Shown here: one piece after another, positions 43,930 through 54,559 of the stretch
Position numbering within the stretch: the first letter of the stretch is position 1
Layout: every line of letters begins with the position of its first letter
From: an uncultured delta proteobacterium
GTDB lineage: Bacteria; Myxococcota_A; Polyangia; Haliangiales; Haliangiaceae
Assembly: GCA_963848295.1 (NCBI GenBank)
Contig: CAWKDB010000002.1
Coordinates: forward strand, 1,443,161-1,507,160
DNA: 64,000 nucleotides
Direction: 5' to 3'
The notes under the pieces: model-generated
What the model saw: the letters and a program-made list of their open reading frames with translations, nothing else
The model's database searches: none
What the model was told of the DNA's origin: nothing
Made by a program: the position numbers and the translations under genes

Positions 43930-44624
43930 CCGCCGCGTGCATCGGCGAGCCGGTCTCGTGGCTGCGGCTCGAGACGTTCGCGGCCGGCGCGCATGATGCA
44001 AAGGTCGCGGCGCACCTCGCGACGTGCCCCGCCTGCCAGCATTGCCTCGACGAGATCCGCAGCGACGTCGTCGTGCTGCCGCCGCTCAAGCTGCCGGCGT
44101 CCGCGCAGGAACAGCCGCACCGCGCGCGCCGGCCGTGGTGGCAATGGGCGGCGCCCGGGCTCGCCGTCGCCGCCGCGGTCGCGATCGCGATCGTCGTGAT
44201 CCGGCCGAAGTCCGTCGAGCCACATCGCGCCGATGTCGCGTCGATCAAGGGCGGTGGCACGCTCGTGCTGTCGCTCGTCCGCGATCGCGAAGGCACGATC
44301 CGCGAGGACGTCGCGACGTTCCGCGACGGCGATCGCTGGAAGGTCGTCGTGACGTGCTCACCCGATGCGGGGGATGCGCCGGTGTTCGTCGACGTCTCGG
44401 TCAAGGCCTCGTACTCGGTGCCCGCCGACTTCCCGCTCGCGCCGGTGCAGATCGCGTGTGGCAACCACGTCGTCGTGCCGGGCGCATTCTCGGTCACGAA
44501 CGATGGCCCCGGCACGAGCTATCGGGTCTGCGTTCGGGTGACGAGCGGCGACGACGTCGTGCGCCGGCATACGCCGACGGGGCTCGAGCCCGACGTCGCT
44601 TGCGTCACGATCAAAGCCGAGTAA
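43926..44624 (+). CDS. Putative anti-sigma factor (zinc-finger HxxxCxxC, TM helix, periplasmic domain)
   Basis: AHLATCPAC, TM helix, IKGG; ATGA overlap with the sigma gene. Confidence 0.75.
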   Translation: MTAACIGEPVSWLRLETFAAGAHDAKVAAHLATCPACQHCLDEIRSDVVVLPPLKLPASAQEQPHRARRPWWQWAAPGLAVAAAVAIAIVVIRPKSVEPHRADVASIKGGGTLVLSLVRDREGTIREDVATFRDGDRWKVVVTCSPDAGDAPVFVDVSVKASYSVPADFPLAPVQIACGNHVVVPGAFSVTNDGPGTSYRVCVRVTSGDDVVRRHTPTGLEPDVACVTIKAE

Positions 44625-44627
44625 CGG

Positions 44628-45170
44628 TCACCGCGCGCCGATCGCCTTGCTCCACGTCGCGACCGTCGCCGCAGGCCCGACCGCGATGCACGCGAACGCC
44701 CCGCGCCGCCACTCGATCGCGTGCAGGTCGCCGTCGTCGCGCTCGCGATGATCCGGCGCGATGCCCCGCGCGCGCTGGACGAGGTAGGTCACGTCGTCGC
44801 CGCCGATCTTGACGCGCATCACCGCGACGCCCCGGCGAAACACCTGGATGTGTCGCGCACCGACCACGGTGCCTTCCGCCGGCAACGGCGGATCGCTGCC
44901 GACGACGCCGATCGCCCACGCGCGCAGCTCCACCGGCGTCGGCGCGGTCAGCTCCCACGCGCTGGAGTCGCGATGCTGCGCGATCGCTTCGGTGACGAGC
45001 ACGTTGTCGCGCGGCGGGAACACCGCATAGATCGTCACGACCGTGCCGATCAGCACCGAGGCCGTGAACAGCAGCGACACCGAGACCCGGCGATGCGGCG
45101 GCCGCGGCGGGGTGACGAGCGCGTCATCGCCTTCGACAGGACCTACGGCTTCGGCTTCGACGAGCTTCAT
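44628..45170 (-). CDS. Hypothetical single-pass membrane protein
   Basis: MKLVEAE start, TM helix VSLLFTASVLIGTVVTIYAV; overlaps the upstream ORF by 4 bp. Confidence 0.55.
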   Translation of the reverse strand: MKLVEAEAVGPVEGDDALVTPPRPPHRRVSVSLLFTASVLIGTVVTIYAVFPPRDNVLVTEAIAQHRDSSAWELTAPTPVELRAWAIGVVGSDPPLPAEGTVVGARHIQVFRRGVAVMRVKIGGDDVTYLVQRARGIAPDHRERDDGDLHAIEWRRGAFACIAVGPAATVATWSKAIGAR

Positions 45171-45478
45171 GGGAGTTTCGGCGCGGTGCCGAAGCGACGA
45201 ACGAAGTCGCCAAGTACCTTCCCATGGATCGCGCCGCAATCGACAGGACCGTTAGCCGCGATCTCGAGGTGGCGACACAGGAGATTCCGCCCGACGAGGC
45301 GCGCCGCGAGCGCTGCTGCCGCGGCGTGCGTATCCGCCGCGTGCTCGTAGTGGACCATCGCGCTCTTGCCGAGCGGGTAGTCGATCAACCCGACGGCGAG
45401 CCGGACCTGGAGCACGCCCTCGCCGATCGGCGCATGACGCGCGGCTTCGGCCAGCGGGTACCACGGACAGAACTGCAC
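45167..45478 (-). CDS. Small hypothetical protein
   Basis: 103 aa, FCPWYPL...GVLQVR...[11 protein letters not shown]...FVRRFGTAP; divergent from the DNA MTase. Confidence 0.6.
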   Translation of the reverse strand: MQFCPWYPLAEAARHAPIGEGVLQVRLAVGLIDYPLGKSAMVHYEHAADTHAAAAALAARLVGRNLLCRHLEIAANGPVDCGAIHGKVLGDFVRRFGTAPKLP

Positions 45479-45500
45479 GCGGCATCGTATAACGCGGCGA

Positions 45501-46427
45501 GTGCCGCAACATCGCTATGACTTCGGACGCGCGGGCGACCCCGATCGCGTGGTTCACGGGGATGCGCTGGGTGAGCTCGAACGCACCCCCGACGGCGCGT
45601 TCGCCGCGATCTACATCGACCCGCCGTTCGGGACCGGCAACGTCCAGCGCGGGCGCGGCCATCGCTACGTCGATCGCGCCGACGATCCGGACGCATTCGT
45701 CGCGTGGCTGTCGCCGTACCTCGAGCACAGCCGGCGGGTGCTCGCCGATCACGGCTCGCTCGTCGTCCACCTCGACCATCGCGCCGTGCACTACGCCAAG
45801 GTCGCGCTCGATCGCTTGTTCGGCCGGGCTCGGTTCGTCAACGAGATCGTCTGGTGTTACGCGGTCGGCGGCAAGAGCCGGCGCGGGTTCGGCCGCAAGC
45901 ACGACACGCTGCTGTGGTACGCGCGCACCGCCGACTGGGCGTTCTATCCCGACGCGGTTCGAGTCCCCCGGCGAGCGGGATCTCACATGCGCGTCGTCGA
46001 CGGCGTGCAAGAGAAGACCGATCGCAAGACCGGCCGGGTCTATCGCTATCCGGTTCACGCCGGCAAGGTCCCCGAGGATTGGTGGACCGACATCGAGACG
46101 CTCAACCATTCCGACGCCGAGCGCACCGGCTACCCTTCGCAAAAACCCGAGCGGCTCGTCGAGCGCGTCGTGTCGGCGGTCACGCGCCAGGGCGATCGCG
46201 TGGCCGACTGGTTCGCGGGATCGGGCACGACTGCGGCGGTTGCACAACGGCTCGATCGAGGATTCGTCGTCTGCGATCGTGAGCCCGGCGCGATTACCGT
46301 GACCACGACACGACTCGTCGAGCAGGGACGCAGGCTCGCCGCGGCCGGGAACCCGCCTCCGCCTCTCGAGATCGTGCGCGCGCAGCTTGTTTCGCCGGGG
46401 TCCCCGGGTGAAGATTCAACTGGTTAA
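45501..46427 (+). CDS. N4/N6 DNA methyltransferase (beta-class order), apparently orphan
   Basis: IYIDPPF (motif IV) precedes YPSQKPE and DWFAGSGTT (motif I); NEIVW. Confidence 0.9.
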   Translation: MPQHRYDFGRAGDPDRVVHGDALGELERTPDGAFAAIYIDPPFGTGNVQRGRGHRYVDRADDPDAFVAWLSPYLEHSRRVLADHGSLVVHLDHRAVHYAKVALDRLFGRARFVNEIVWCYAVGGKSRRGFGRKHDTLLWYARTADWAFYPDAVRVPRRAGSHMRVVDGVQEKTDRKTGRVYRYPVHAGKVPEDWWTDIETLNHSDAERTGYPSQKPERLVERVVSAVTRQGDRVADWFAGSGTTAAVAQRLDRGFVVCDREPGAITVTTTRLVEQGRRLAAAGNPPPPLEIVRAQLVSPGSPGEDSTG

Positions 46428-46431
46428 GGCG

Positions 46432-47562
46432 ATGGCGGCCGCTACGCAAGAAGAGGCCACCCGCGTGACACTGGAGGCGTGGCTCGTCACCGATGTCGGC
46501 GTGGTGAGGGACCACAACGAAGACTCCGCCACGATGGAGACGGCGCGAGGGTTCTTCATCGTCGCCGATGGTATGGGTGGTCACGCCGCAGGCGAGGTCG
46601 CGTCCGCGATGGCGGTCGAGACCGTCAAGAAGACGCTCGAAGAGGCTCAGCCCGAGATCGACGCGTTCAAGCGCGCCCCGACCGACACCGGGCGCCGCGA
46701 GCTCGTCCAGCTGCTGCAGAACGCGGTGTTGCAGGCGCACCAGGCGGTGTTCCAGCGCGGCCAGAACGAGAGCGACAAGACCGGCATGGGCACGACCCTC
46801 GACGTCGTGTTGATCGCCGGCCCCGAGGCGTTCGTCGCGCACGTCGGCGATAGCCGCACGTACCTGATCCGCGACGGCAAGTCGTCGCAGATCACGACCG
46901 ATCACACGGTCGCCGAGGTCCTCGTGATCGAGGGCAAGCTCACGATCGAAGAGGCGCAGGTGTCGCCGCTGCGCACGATCCTGGTCAACGCGATCGGCGT
47001 GTCGGCCGACGTCGGCGTCGAGATGGCGCACGTCCAGCTCCGCCGCGGCGATCGCATGCTGCTGTGCTCGGATGGCTTGCACGACTACTTCCCGTCCGAC
47101 GAAGAGGTCGCGCAACGGTTGTCCGCCGACAACCTCGGCGACGCGATCAAAGAGATGGTCGAGCTCGCGAAGACGCGCGGCGGCCACGACAACATCACGG
47201 GCGTCGCGATCCAGGTCACCGACGTGGTCGAGGCCGTGCCCGGCCTTCGCACCGAGGACTCGACCGAGCCGGTCGAGACCCCGAATCCGTTCTTGGCCGA
47301 CGAACCGACCGAGACCGCGCTCGAGCCGAGCTCCGACGGGGTCGCCGCGACACCGACCGATTACAAGCTGACGCAGCCGATGCGCGCGGTGCCCGACGAC
47401 GACATCGCGACCGCGACGACGCTACCGCCCCCGACACGCAAGAAGAAGAACAAGTCCAAGAAGGCGAAGGCCGACAAGACCGACGACGCCGCTCCGGTCG
47501 AGCTCGGCAGCGCCGATACCGGCCCGGTGCGCGCGAAGTCCGAGCCCGGCGACGAGGAGTAG
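46432..47562 (+). CDS. PP2C-type Ser/Thr protein phosphatase
   Basis: [44 protein letters not shown]. Start approximate. Confidence 0.93.
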   Translation: MAAATQEEATRVTLEAWLVTDVGVVRDHNEDSATMETARGFFIVADGMGGHAAGEVASAMAVETVKKTLEEAQPEIDAFKRAPTDTGRRELVQLLQNAVLQAHQAVFQRGQNESDKTGMGTTLDVVLIAGPEAFVAHVGDSRTYLIRDGKSSQITTDHTVAEVLVIEGKLTIEEAQVSPLRTILVNAIGVSADVGVEMAHVQLRRGDRMLLCSDGLHDYFPSDEEVAQRLSADNLGDAIKEMVELAKTRGGHDNITGVAIQVTDVVEAVPGLRTEDSTEPVETPNPFLADEPTETALEPSSDGVAATPTDYKLTQPMRAVPDDDIATATTLPPPTRKKKNKSKKAKADKTDDAAPVELGSADTGPVRAKSEPGDEE

Positions 47563-47588
47563 CGGTTGGCGTCGCGCGCGATGGTCGC

Positions 47589-48713
47589 TTAGCCCGAGGG
47601 CTCGACGCGATCGACGGTGGCCTCGCTCGTGACCTCGAGGCGATCGGGATCCGGGGTCGCGCCGGCTACGACGAGCACATCACCGCGATGCGCGCGCTCG
47701 AGGCTGCGATTGCGTTCGGTGCGATGCCGGCGCATGAGCCGGAGCGTGACCAACCCGGGCTCGCCACAGCCGGCGAGCTCGGTCTTGCCCTTCGGCGCGA
47801 CCGGAGCGCCGACGACTCGCCACGCGGTGGCGGCGACGACCGGTGCGACGAGCGGCGCCGTGGCGCGACGCAGCAGGAGGTACGAGAACTTCAAGCCGCC
47901 GTCGCGCAGGTGCGTGATCCGCGCGAGCTCGGCGGTGCGCGGCGGAAGCTTGACGAGCCGATCTTCATGGCACCAGTCGGCGTCGCGCTCGAGCATCGGG
48001 CACGGAGCGATCGCGCGCGTGCACGGCGCGAACACGTGGGCGAGCTGGCGAGCGAGCACGGCGTCGCGCAGCTCGTGCAGCGCGCGCGCGGTCGAGCGCA
48101 ACGCCGGCTCGATGATGATGACCGCGCCGTCCTCGCCGATCGCCGAGATCGCGCGCTCGACCACCGCGAGCCGCGCCGGCGCGGGCAGCTCGTTGAGCAC
48201 GGTGCCGAGCAGGACCAGATCCGCGGCGGGCAGCGCGCAGGTCGCGATCTCCTCCTTGCGCGTCGCGATCGTCACGCGCGAGCCGCCGTAGGCGCGAATC
48301 GCCGCCGCGGCGATGCGCATCGCCGCGGCGTCGCGATCGATCGCGATGACGTCGAATGAACGTTCGTTCGACGCCGGCGCCGCGAGCAGCCCGAGCACCA
48401 TGGCCCCGCAACCCGCTCCGACATCGACGATGCGCAGCGGAGTCCGCGCCGGCAACGCGCCCCGGCCGGCGAGCTCGCCGAGCGGAATCGCGATCTTGAT
48501 CGCATCGGCGATCGTATAGAACGCGGCGCGCGCCGCGAGATCGGCGCGCGGATCCGCAGGCGCCGAGAGATGCTCGCGGTCGCTCGTGTAGCGCGCGGCC
48601 CGATCCGCGATCGCCTTGGCGAGCACGCCGGTCGCGAGCGCGGCCGGGCCGAGCTCGGCGGCGCTCGCGGCGAGCACCGCATCTTCGAGCTCGACCGGAA
48701 CCGGCCAGATCAC
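47589..48713 (-). CDS. Rsm22-like SAM-dependent methyltransferase
   Basis: VDVGAGCG, VLNEL, IIEPA, APCT..PCP...DWCH, KFSYL. Confidence 0.8.
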   Translation of the reverse strand: MIWPVPVELEDAVLAASAAELGPAALATGVLAKAIADRAARYTSDREHLSAPADPRADLAARAAFYTIADAIKIAIPLGELAGRGALPARTPLRIVDVGAGCGAMVLGLLAAPASNERSFDVIAIDRDAAAMRIAAAAIRAYGGSRVTIATRKEEIATCALPAADLVLLGTVLNELPAPARLAVVERAISAIGEDGAVIIIEPALRSTARALHELRDAVLARQLAHVFAPCTRAIAPCPMLERDADWCHEDRLVKLPPRTAELARITHLRDGGLKFSYLLLRRATAPLVAPVVAATAWRVVGAPVAPKGKTELAGCGEPGLVTLRLMRRHRTERNRSLERAHRGDVLVVAGATPDPDRLEVTSEATVDRVEPSG

Positions 48714-49501
48714 TTGCCGAGCTCGAGCGTGAGCTCGGCGGTCTGGCCCGCGACGACCGTCACCGTCCCGTGCGCGAGCTGGTGGGCATACGGCTGCCAG
48801 GCGCTGACCTCGTGGACGCCCGCGGCGACCCCGCGTAACAGCGCACCGCCGCTCGCATCGGTGACCGCGGCGTTCGCCGCCGTCACGATGAACGCCGAGT
48901 CGTCGCTGGTGGTCGAGCGATCGAGGTCCGTCGTCGATCGATCGAGCTCGTAGACCGTATTCGCGGCGAGCTCGGCCACGACCGCGTGACCCGCGATCGG
49001 CAGCTCGATCGCGCGCTTCCCGCTGGCGGCGGCGCCCGATTCGACGACCCCTAGCTTCGATGACGGGCCGAGCGCATAGAGGTTCAAACCAACCGGTTCG
49101 TCGCGTTCGGAGCCGATCACGACCGAGCGCGCTGCGAGCGTGATCCGCGGCGATAGCGCGCAGCTCCTGTACACGACGCGCGGCTCGGGCGGCGGCGCCG
49201 GCGCGGCGGCATCCCCATCGATCACGATGACGACGTCGGGGACGCCCCACATCGTCGTCGGCTCGACCTGCGGATGCGCGGCGAGCCCGCACGGGTTACG
49301 CCCTCGCGCTTGGCGCACCGCGATCGGCGTGTTCGGCCAGTCGACGCGCACCGCGACCTCGCCGCGCCCGCCCGAGCCCGAACCCGAGCCCGAACCCGAG
49401 CCCCTCCCCGGGCGCACCGGCGCCGGGACGGCATGGTGCGCGTCATCCCCGCCGCGACCGCCACACGCCGCGACGACCGCCCACATCAAGATCCACTTCA
49501 C
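48710..49501 (-). CDS. Lipoprotein with carboxypeptidase-regulatory-like domain
   Basis: VVAAC lipobox, GS linker, AVTDASGG..L.GV.AG.HEVSAW motif. Confidence 0.65.
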   Translation of the reverse strand: MKWILMWAVVAACGGRGGDDAHHAVPAPVRPGRGSGSGSGSGSGGRGEVAVRVDWPNTPIAVRQARGRNPCGLAAHPQVEPTTMWGVPDVVIVIDGDAAAPAPPPEPRVVYRSCALSPRITLAARSVVIGSERDEPVGLNLYALGPSSKLGVVESGAAASGKRAIELPIAGHAVVAELAANTVYELDRSTTDLDRSTTSDDSAFIVTAANAAVTDASGGALLRGVAAGVHEVSAWQPYAHQLAHGTVTVVAGQTAELTLELGK

Positions 49502-50826
49502 CACGAGCCCACCTCGCTCGCGACGATCTCGGCGTCGACGCAGAGATCGTTCACGCCGGGCCCGCGATAGTCGGCGCCTGCGAGCGCGATGCGATGGCGC
49601 CGAGCCGCGGTCATGGACGCGCGCGCCCGCTCGCGATGACCGATCCGATACTGCGCGATGCCGCGCGACCAGCGCACCACGCTCGCATACGTCGGTGCCG
49701 CGGTTGCGCCGAGCACGATCTCGAGATCGCGGCGCGCGGTCGCGACCAGCTCGGCATCGCTCAGCCCGATCGCTTGGGGATCGCGCGCGCCGCCGTAGAT
49801 GCACCGCAGCAGCACGTGTCCGGCGGGCGCACGATCCGGCCACACCGTCGATTCGAACACGACGCCGAGCACACGAGGCTGCTCGTGTTGAGCGACGAGC
49901 AGTCCGAAGCCGTCGGCGGCGCGGGGCACGTCGGCGGCGGCGAACCCCAGATAGACGAGCGCTGCCGGTGCGCGATGAAACTCCCGTAGCCGCGTCGCGA
50001 GCTCGGGCGCTCCTTCCGCGACGAGCCCCGCGCCATCCTCCGCCGGCACCGCGAGCACGCATCCGTCCCAGCGATCGCGGTCGATCAGCACGCCGCCTTC
50101 GATCGGCTCGATCTCGTGAACCCGGAGGCCGGTGTGGATGCGCGGCCCGAGCTGCGCCGCGAGGGCGTCGACGAGCGCGCCGAGACCGCCGACCGGCGCG
50201 TACATGCCGCGCGGTGGCTTCGGCTCGCGCTTGCCGCGCATGCCCTTGATCGCGCCGCCGAGCATGCCGAACACGACGCCGCCCGGGATGTCGAGCGCCG
50301 CGAGCTTCGGAAACCCGGCCTCGAGGCTGATGTCGTGCGCGTCGGCGGCGAACACGCCGGTGACGAACGGCGCCACGATCGCGCGCGCGGCTTCCACTCC
50401 GAACCGGCGCGCCGCGAACGCGTGCATCGACTCGTCGCCGCCCGGCGCGCGCACCGGGGCGAACGGCTCGCGCAACAACGCGAGCTTGCCGCGCCAGGTC
50501 AACAGCTCGCTGCGGGCGAGCTCGATCGGATTGCTCGGCAAGGCGTGCAACTTGCCGTCGATATAGATCCACCGCCGCTTCGCCTTCGGCGACGCCTTGT
50601 CGACCGCGACCCCGAGCTCGCCGCACAACGCGAGTGCACCGCGCGGCACACCGCCGAGAAACGAGCTCGCCGCGCTCTCGCGGCGGTAGCCGGCATCGCT
50701 CGCCGTCGCGACCACGCCGCCCGCGACCGCGGCGGCCTCGAGCACGTGCGCGTCGATCCCCGCCACGACCAGCGCGCGCGCCGCGGTCAAGCCACCGAGC
50801 CCGCCGCCGACGACCGCGACCTTCAT
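49498..50826 (-). CDS. hemY: Protoporphyrinogen oxidase (HemY-type, FAD-dependent)
   Basis: VAVVGGGLGGL, PFVTGVFAAD, GFGLL, IAQYRIGH, YRGPGVND. Confidence 0.88.
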   Translation of the reverse strand: MKVAVVGGGLGGLTAARALVVAGIDAHVLEAAAVAGGVVATASDAGYRRESAASSFLGGVPRGALALCGELGVAVDKASPKAKRRWIYIDGKLHALPSNPIELARSELLTWRGKLALLREPFAPVRAPGGDESMHAFAARRFGVEAARAIVAPFVTGVFAADAHDISLEAGFPKLAALDIPGGVVFGMLGGAIKGMRGKREPKPPRGMYAPVGGLGALVDALAAQLGPRIHTGLRVHEIEPIEGGVLIDRDRWDGCVLAVPAEDGAGLVAEGAPELATRLREFHRAPAALVYLGFAAADVPRAADGFGLLVAQHEQPRVLGVVFESTVWPDRAPAGHVLLRCIYGGARDPQAIGLSDAELVATARRDLEIVLGATAAPTYASVVRWSRGIAQYRIGHRERARASMTAARRHRIALAGADYRGPGVNDLCVDAEIVASEVGSW

Positions 50827-53800
50827 GGGATCCAGAAGTCGCGCGGATAGAGCCGGTACAGCGTCGTGTTCTTTCCGACCGCGGTGTGGAGGTAGTCCTG
50901 ATACGCGGCGAGCTGCTTGTCCGGTCCGATCACGAAGTACACCCCGTGCGGATCGATCGCGCCGTAGCCCGGTAGCACCTTGGCGTAGACCGCAGGCATC
51001 CGCTTGAACAGCGTCGCGGCGAGGTCGGCGACGTTCGCGAGCGCGAGCAGCCGGGTGCGGAACGCGCGCACGAGCTCGGGCGTGATCCCGTCGGCGAGGT
51101 TCGCCGCCATCGCCGCCGCGCGATCTTCGTAGCTGTCGGCGATCCGCGAGTCGAACGCGGTCGCGATCGCGTAGCGCGCGAGGTTCGGGTCGGGCTTCGC
51201 CGCCTTGAGCTGCTCGATCACGAAGCGCAGCGTCTGCGGCAGCAGCGGACAGCGCTCCGCGTAGTAGTCGAGGATCCCCGACTGCGCGCGCGGGTGCAGT
51301 CCGTTCGAATACGCGAGGCCAGCGGCGACGGTCTTCGAGTAGATCGTGTGCCCGCCGTGACCGGTGTAGAGGTTCGCGGCGAGGTAATCGAGCGTGGTGT
51401 CGTCGGTCGGGTCGCGGAACGCGGGCAGCGGCGCCATGTCGATGAACACGCCGCTCGAGGTCGCCGGATTGACGAGCCCGACGAACAGCGGCGCCTTCGC
51501 CTTCGGATCGCGCGCCCGGACGCGATTCGCGATCCGGTTGCCGAGATGCGCCGCGCCGAACCGCGAGCCGGACTCCGGCGCCGGCACGGCGTGCACGAAC
51601 GCGTCGAGCGCGCCGCCGATCGCCTCGAGGTGGCTGGTCGAGCCGACCTCGACGAGGCGTGCTTGCTGCGCTTGGAACACTTGATCGCGGACGTACTCGA
51701 GCTTCTTCAGCGTGGCCTCGGCGCCGACCTGAAGATCGGCCGACATCTCGCGACACAACGCGCTCCAATCCGCGGCAAGCGAACCGTCGGGCAGCTCGGA
51801 GAGCATCTCGCCGAGATCCTTGCCGGCATCGCGCGCGCGGGCCAGGGCGCGCGGCGACAGCGCGGTCGCGGCCTTGGTCCACTTCGTCAAGCTCGCCGTC
51901 TTCGCAGGCGAGCCCGAGGCGAGCGCGCGCGTCAGCTCGACGAGCTGCGCGCGGGGCAACGCCTTCGCGGTGTCGAGCAACCCGAGGAACTTGACGACCT
52001 CGGCCTGGACCCTGGCGTCGCGCGGGTCGGCGAGCATCCAGCGCAGCCGGTGCAGATCGTACGACCGCGTCAGGAACGAGCTGGTGTGCAGATAGACCGG
52101 GTCCTCGCCGCGCCACCACGCGTTCGCGGGATCGCTGACCCACGTCTCCTCGGCGCCGAGCATCCGCGCCCGCGCACGAGCGAGCGCCTGCGCGATCACG
52201 TCGCGCAACCTCGGCAGGTTGTCGACGCGCCAATCGGGCTTGGTGATGACGCGCCCCATCCACGCGAGAGCGTTGCGCGTCTCATCCACGTTGTTGCCAG
52301 CGCCGGCGACGACGAGCTCGATCCGCCCGGTCGCCGGGTTCGCGCTGTAGCGCACCGCGAGGTCGAGCACTTCTTTGCGCAGGCGTTCGGCGACCTCGGC
52401 CGCCGAGATCGGCGTGTTGCCGTCGATCACGCCGACCTCGCTGAGCAGCGAAGGCAGGGCCGCGAGGTACATCAAGTCTGCATCGGGCAGTGCGTTGCGG
52501 ATATCGAACGCGACGCTGACCCGTGCGCTCGCCATCGTGTCGAACGTCGCGCGCAGCGCGGGCAGCCCGGCGATCGGGTCGGTCTTGTACGCGAGCCCGT
52601 CGTCGAGCGTCATCGGCGGGGTCTCGACCAACGGTGGCAGCTGCGCCGCCTTCGCCGCCGCCTCGATCTTCGCGGTCTCGGCGTCGTAGTCTTGCTGATA
52701 GCGCGCGAGCGTCGTCGCCGCGTCCTTCGTGCCGTACTTCTGTTGCAGGCGCGCGAGCTCGGCAGCGATGCGTTGCGCGTGCTCGGCATCGAGCTGCTTG
52801 CGCATCGTCGGGCTCGGCCGGGCGGCGACCGCGAACGGCGTGTCGAGCAGGCCCCATGCTTTGAGCCGGTCGCGCCACGGATTGCCGTGCTCGCCGAGCA
52901 CCGCGCGTACCTTCGCGAGCGAATCGTGCAGGGTCAGCGACTTCTTGAACCCCGGGATCTTGGCGAGGCGATGTAGATGATCGAGCCACTCCGAGCCGGT
53001 GCCGCGAAAGCCGAAGCCCGGCGGGGTGTCGAGGAACTTCACGGTTCGCCGTTGCAGATCGATGACGCGACTCGCGACCCGCGCATCCAACGCGAGGAGC
53101 TCGGGATCACCGTCCGGCAGCTTCGAGATCCGCTCGAGCTCGCCGAGCACGATCGTGCGCACGTCGTCGAGCGTCTTGACGTCGAGCTTGTCGGCCTTGA
53201 CGCCGTTGAGCCCGAAGTAGACCGGCTGGCCCTCCTCGGGGGACACGAACGCCCACACGCTCGACGCGCCGAGATCGATCGCCCTGGTCTTGCTGTCGAT
53301 CAGCTTCTTGTACAGCGTGGTGCTCTCGTCGCCGGCGAACGCGTCGAGGAACAACCCGAGCAGCGTGCGGTCGGCGTCGTCGAGCGAGCGCGTCGCGCCC
53401 CACGCGAACACCATCGGGCTCGGGTTCGCGGTGTCGCTGTACGGGTAGTCGACCACTTCGCTCGTGCCCTCCGCGGCGGGCATCGGCGCCGGCAGGTCGG
53501 CCTCCGTCGTGACCTTCCCGGTTCGCCCCATCTCCTTGACCAGGATCGCGCCGGTGTGATCGAGCACTGACGTCATCGTCATCGCACGCGGGAACGCGGC
53601 GACCATCCCCATGTTCGCGAGGTGGTAGTTCGCGTCGTGAAACTTGCGAATGTCTTCGGCAGTCATGGTCCGGATCGCGGCGGGCAAGCCGCCCGACTCG
53701 AGCGCGAGCGGATGCTTGTCGCCGTAGATCAGCTGGCCGAGCCGGTGCCACGCACCGACGTCCGGTTGCTCGTACGTGCGGACCATCTCGTTGTAGACCG

Positions 53801-54410
53801 TGCCCTTCTCGTCGAGGTGGAGCTTGCCGTCGTCGCCCTTGTCGACGCCGAAGTTGCGGACCTCGCGGCGGATCTCCTCGTCGGTGTAATCCGGGTTGAG
53901 CATCGCGTCGACCTGGTTCTCGAACACCGGCCAGAACACCGCGTTGCCGGCGACGGTGTGAAAGTGATAGGCGGTCCGCCACTGCGCGGTGAACGCCGAC
54001 GATTCGGCGAGCGCCATCGCCTCGACGCTGCCGAGCCGGCGGCCGCGATCGCCTTTGAGCAACAAGAGATGTTCCTGGGTGTGCGGCTCGCCCTTGTCGG
54101 ACGTCGGGAACGAGTGCACCCACAGGAAGCCCTGGGGTGCGGACTCGATCTGCAGGTAATCGAACGTGAACTTCGTCTTGTCGTGGATGAACCGCGCGCC
54201 GATCGGCTTGTCGGCGTCGTCGAGGTACAGCGCAACCGCGGTGAAGCCGTGGACGTGGGCGCCTTCGGTGAGTTGATCGAGTGCGGTAATTTCGGTGGGC
54301 TTCATAGGAGGGGGTGTCGCGACCGCGACCGGCGCGACCACCGGCTTGACCGCTGGAGCTGGACAACACGAAGCGGCGACGAGAGCGACGATCAAGGGAC
54401 TGCGCGGCAT
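50823..54410 (-). CDS. M16-family (insulinase/PreP-like) metallopeptidase, probable lipoprotein
   Basis: MPRSPLIVALVAASCC signal; DKGEPHTQEHLLL (HxxEH), KGTVYNEM, ESGG.P..I..MT...FH..YH..N. Confidence 0.75.
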   Translation of the reverse strand: MPRSPLIVALVAASCCPAPAVKPVVAPVAVATPPPMKPTEITALDQLTEGAHVHGFTAVALYLDDADKPIGARFIHDKTKFTFDYLQIESAPQGFLWVHSFPTSDKGEPHTQEHLLLLKGDRGRRLGSVEAMALAESSAFTAQWRTAYHFHTVAGNAVFWPVFENQVDAMLNPDYTDEEIRREVRNFGVDKGDDGKLHLDEKGTVYNEMVRTYEQPDVGAWHRLGQLIYGDKHPLALESGGLPAAIRTMTAEDIRKFHDANYHLANMGMVAAFPRAMTMTSVLDHTGAILVKEMGRTGKVTTEADLPAPMPAAEGTSEVVDYPYSDTANPSPMVFAWGATRSLDDADRTLLGLFLDAFAGDESTTLYKKLIDSKTRAIDLGASSVWAFVSPEEGQPVYFGLNGVKADKLDVKTLDDVRTIVLGELERISKLPDGDPELLALDARVASRVIDLQRRTVKFLDTPPGFGFRGTGSEWLDHLHRLAKIPGFKKSLTLHDSLAKVRAVLGEHGNPWRDRLKAWGLLDTPFAVAARPSPTMRKQLDAEHAQRIAAELARLQQKYGTKDAATTLARYQQDYDAETAKIEAAAKAAQLPPLVETPPMTLDDGLAYKTDPIAGLPALRATFDTMASARVSVAFDIRNALPDADLMYLAALPSLLSEVGVIDGNTPISAAEVAERLRKEVLDLAVRYSANPATGRIELVVAGAGNNVDETRNALAWMGRVITKPDWRVDNLPRLRDVIAQALARARARMLGAEETWVSDPANAWWRGEDPVYLHTSSFLTRSYDLHRLRWMLADPRDARVQAEVVKFLGLLDTAKALPRAQLVELTRALASGSPAKTASLTKWTKAATALSPRALARARDAGKDLGEMLSELPDGSLAADWSALCREMSADLQVGAEATLKKLEYVRDQVFQAQQARLVEVGSTSHLEAIGGALDAFVHAVPAPESGSRFGAAHLGNRIANRVRARDPKAKAPLFVGLVNPATSSGVFIDMAPLPAFRDPTDDTTLDYLAANLYTGHGGHTIYSKTVAAGLAYSNGLHPRAQSGILDYYAERCPLLPQTLRFVIEQLKAAKPDPNLARYAIATAFDSRIADSYEDRAAAMAANLADGITPELVRAFRTRLLALANVADLAATLFKRMPAVYAKVLPGYGAIDPHGVYFVIGPDKQLAAYQDYLHTAVGKNTTLYRLYPRDFWIP

Positions 54411-54559
54411 CGCGCGCAATGTACCCGATCGCCCCGCGTCGAGCGGGTGCAGTGCACACGGTCGGTTGCAACTTGGTGCGAGTCCCCCCGATCGCGGTCG
54501 CGCCATTCCAATCGATTCGCCGACATCCACCCGGCACATCGCTTGCGTAGCGACCCGAC

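Noticed and set aside
49370..49402. CCCGAG/CCCGAA short repeat
   Set aside because: It encodes a Gly-Ser linker within a lipoprotein.
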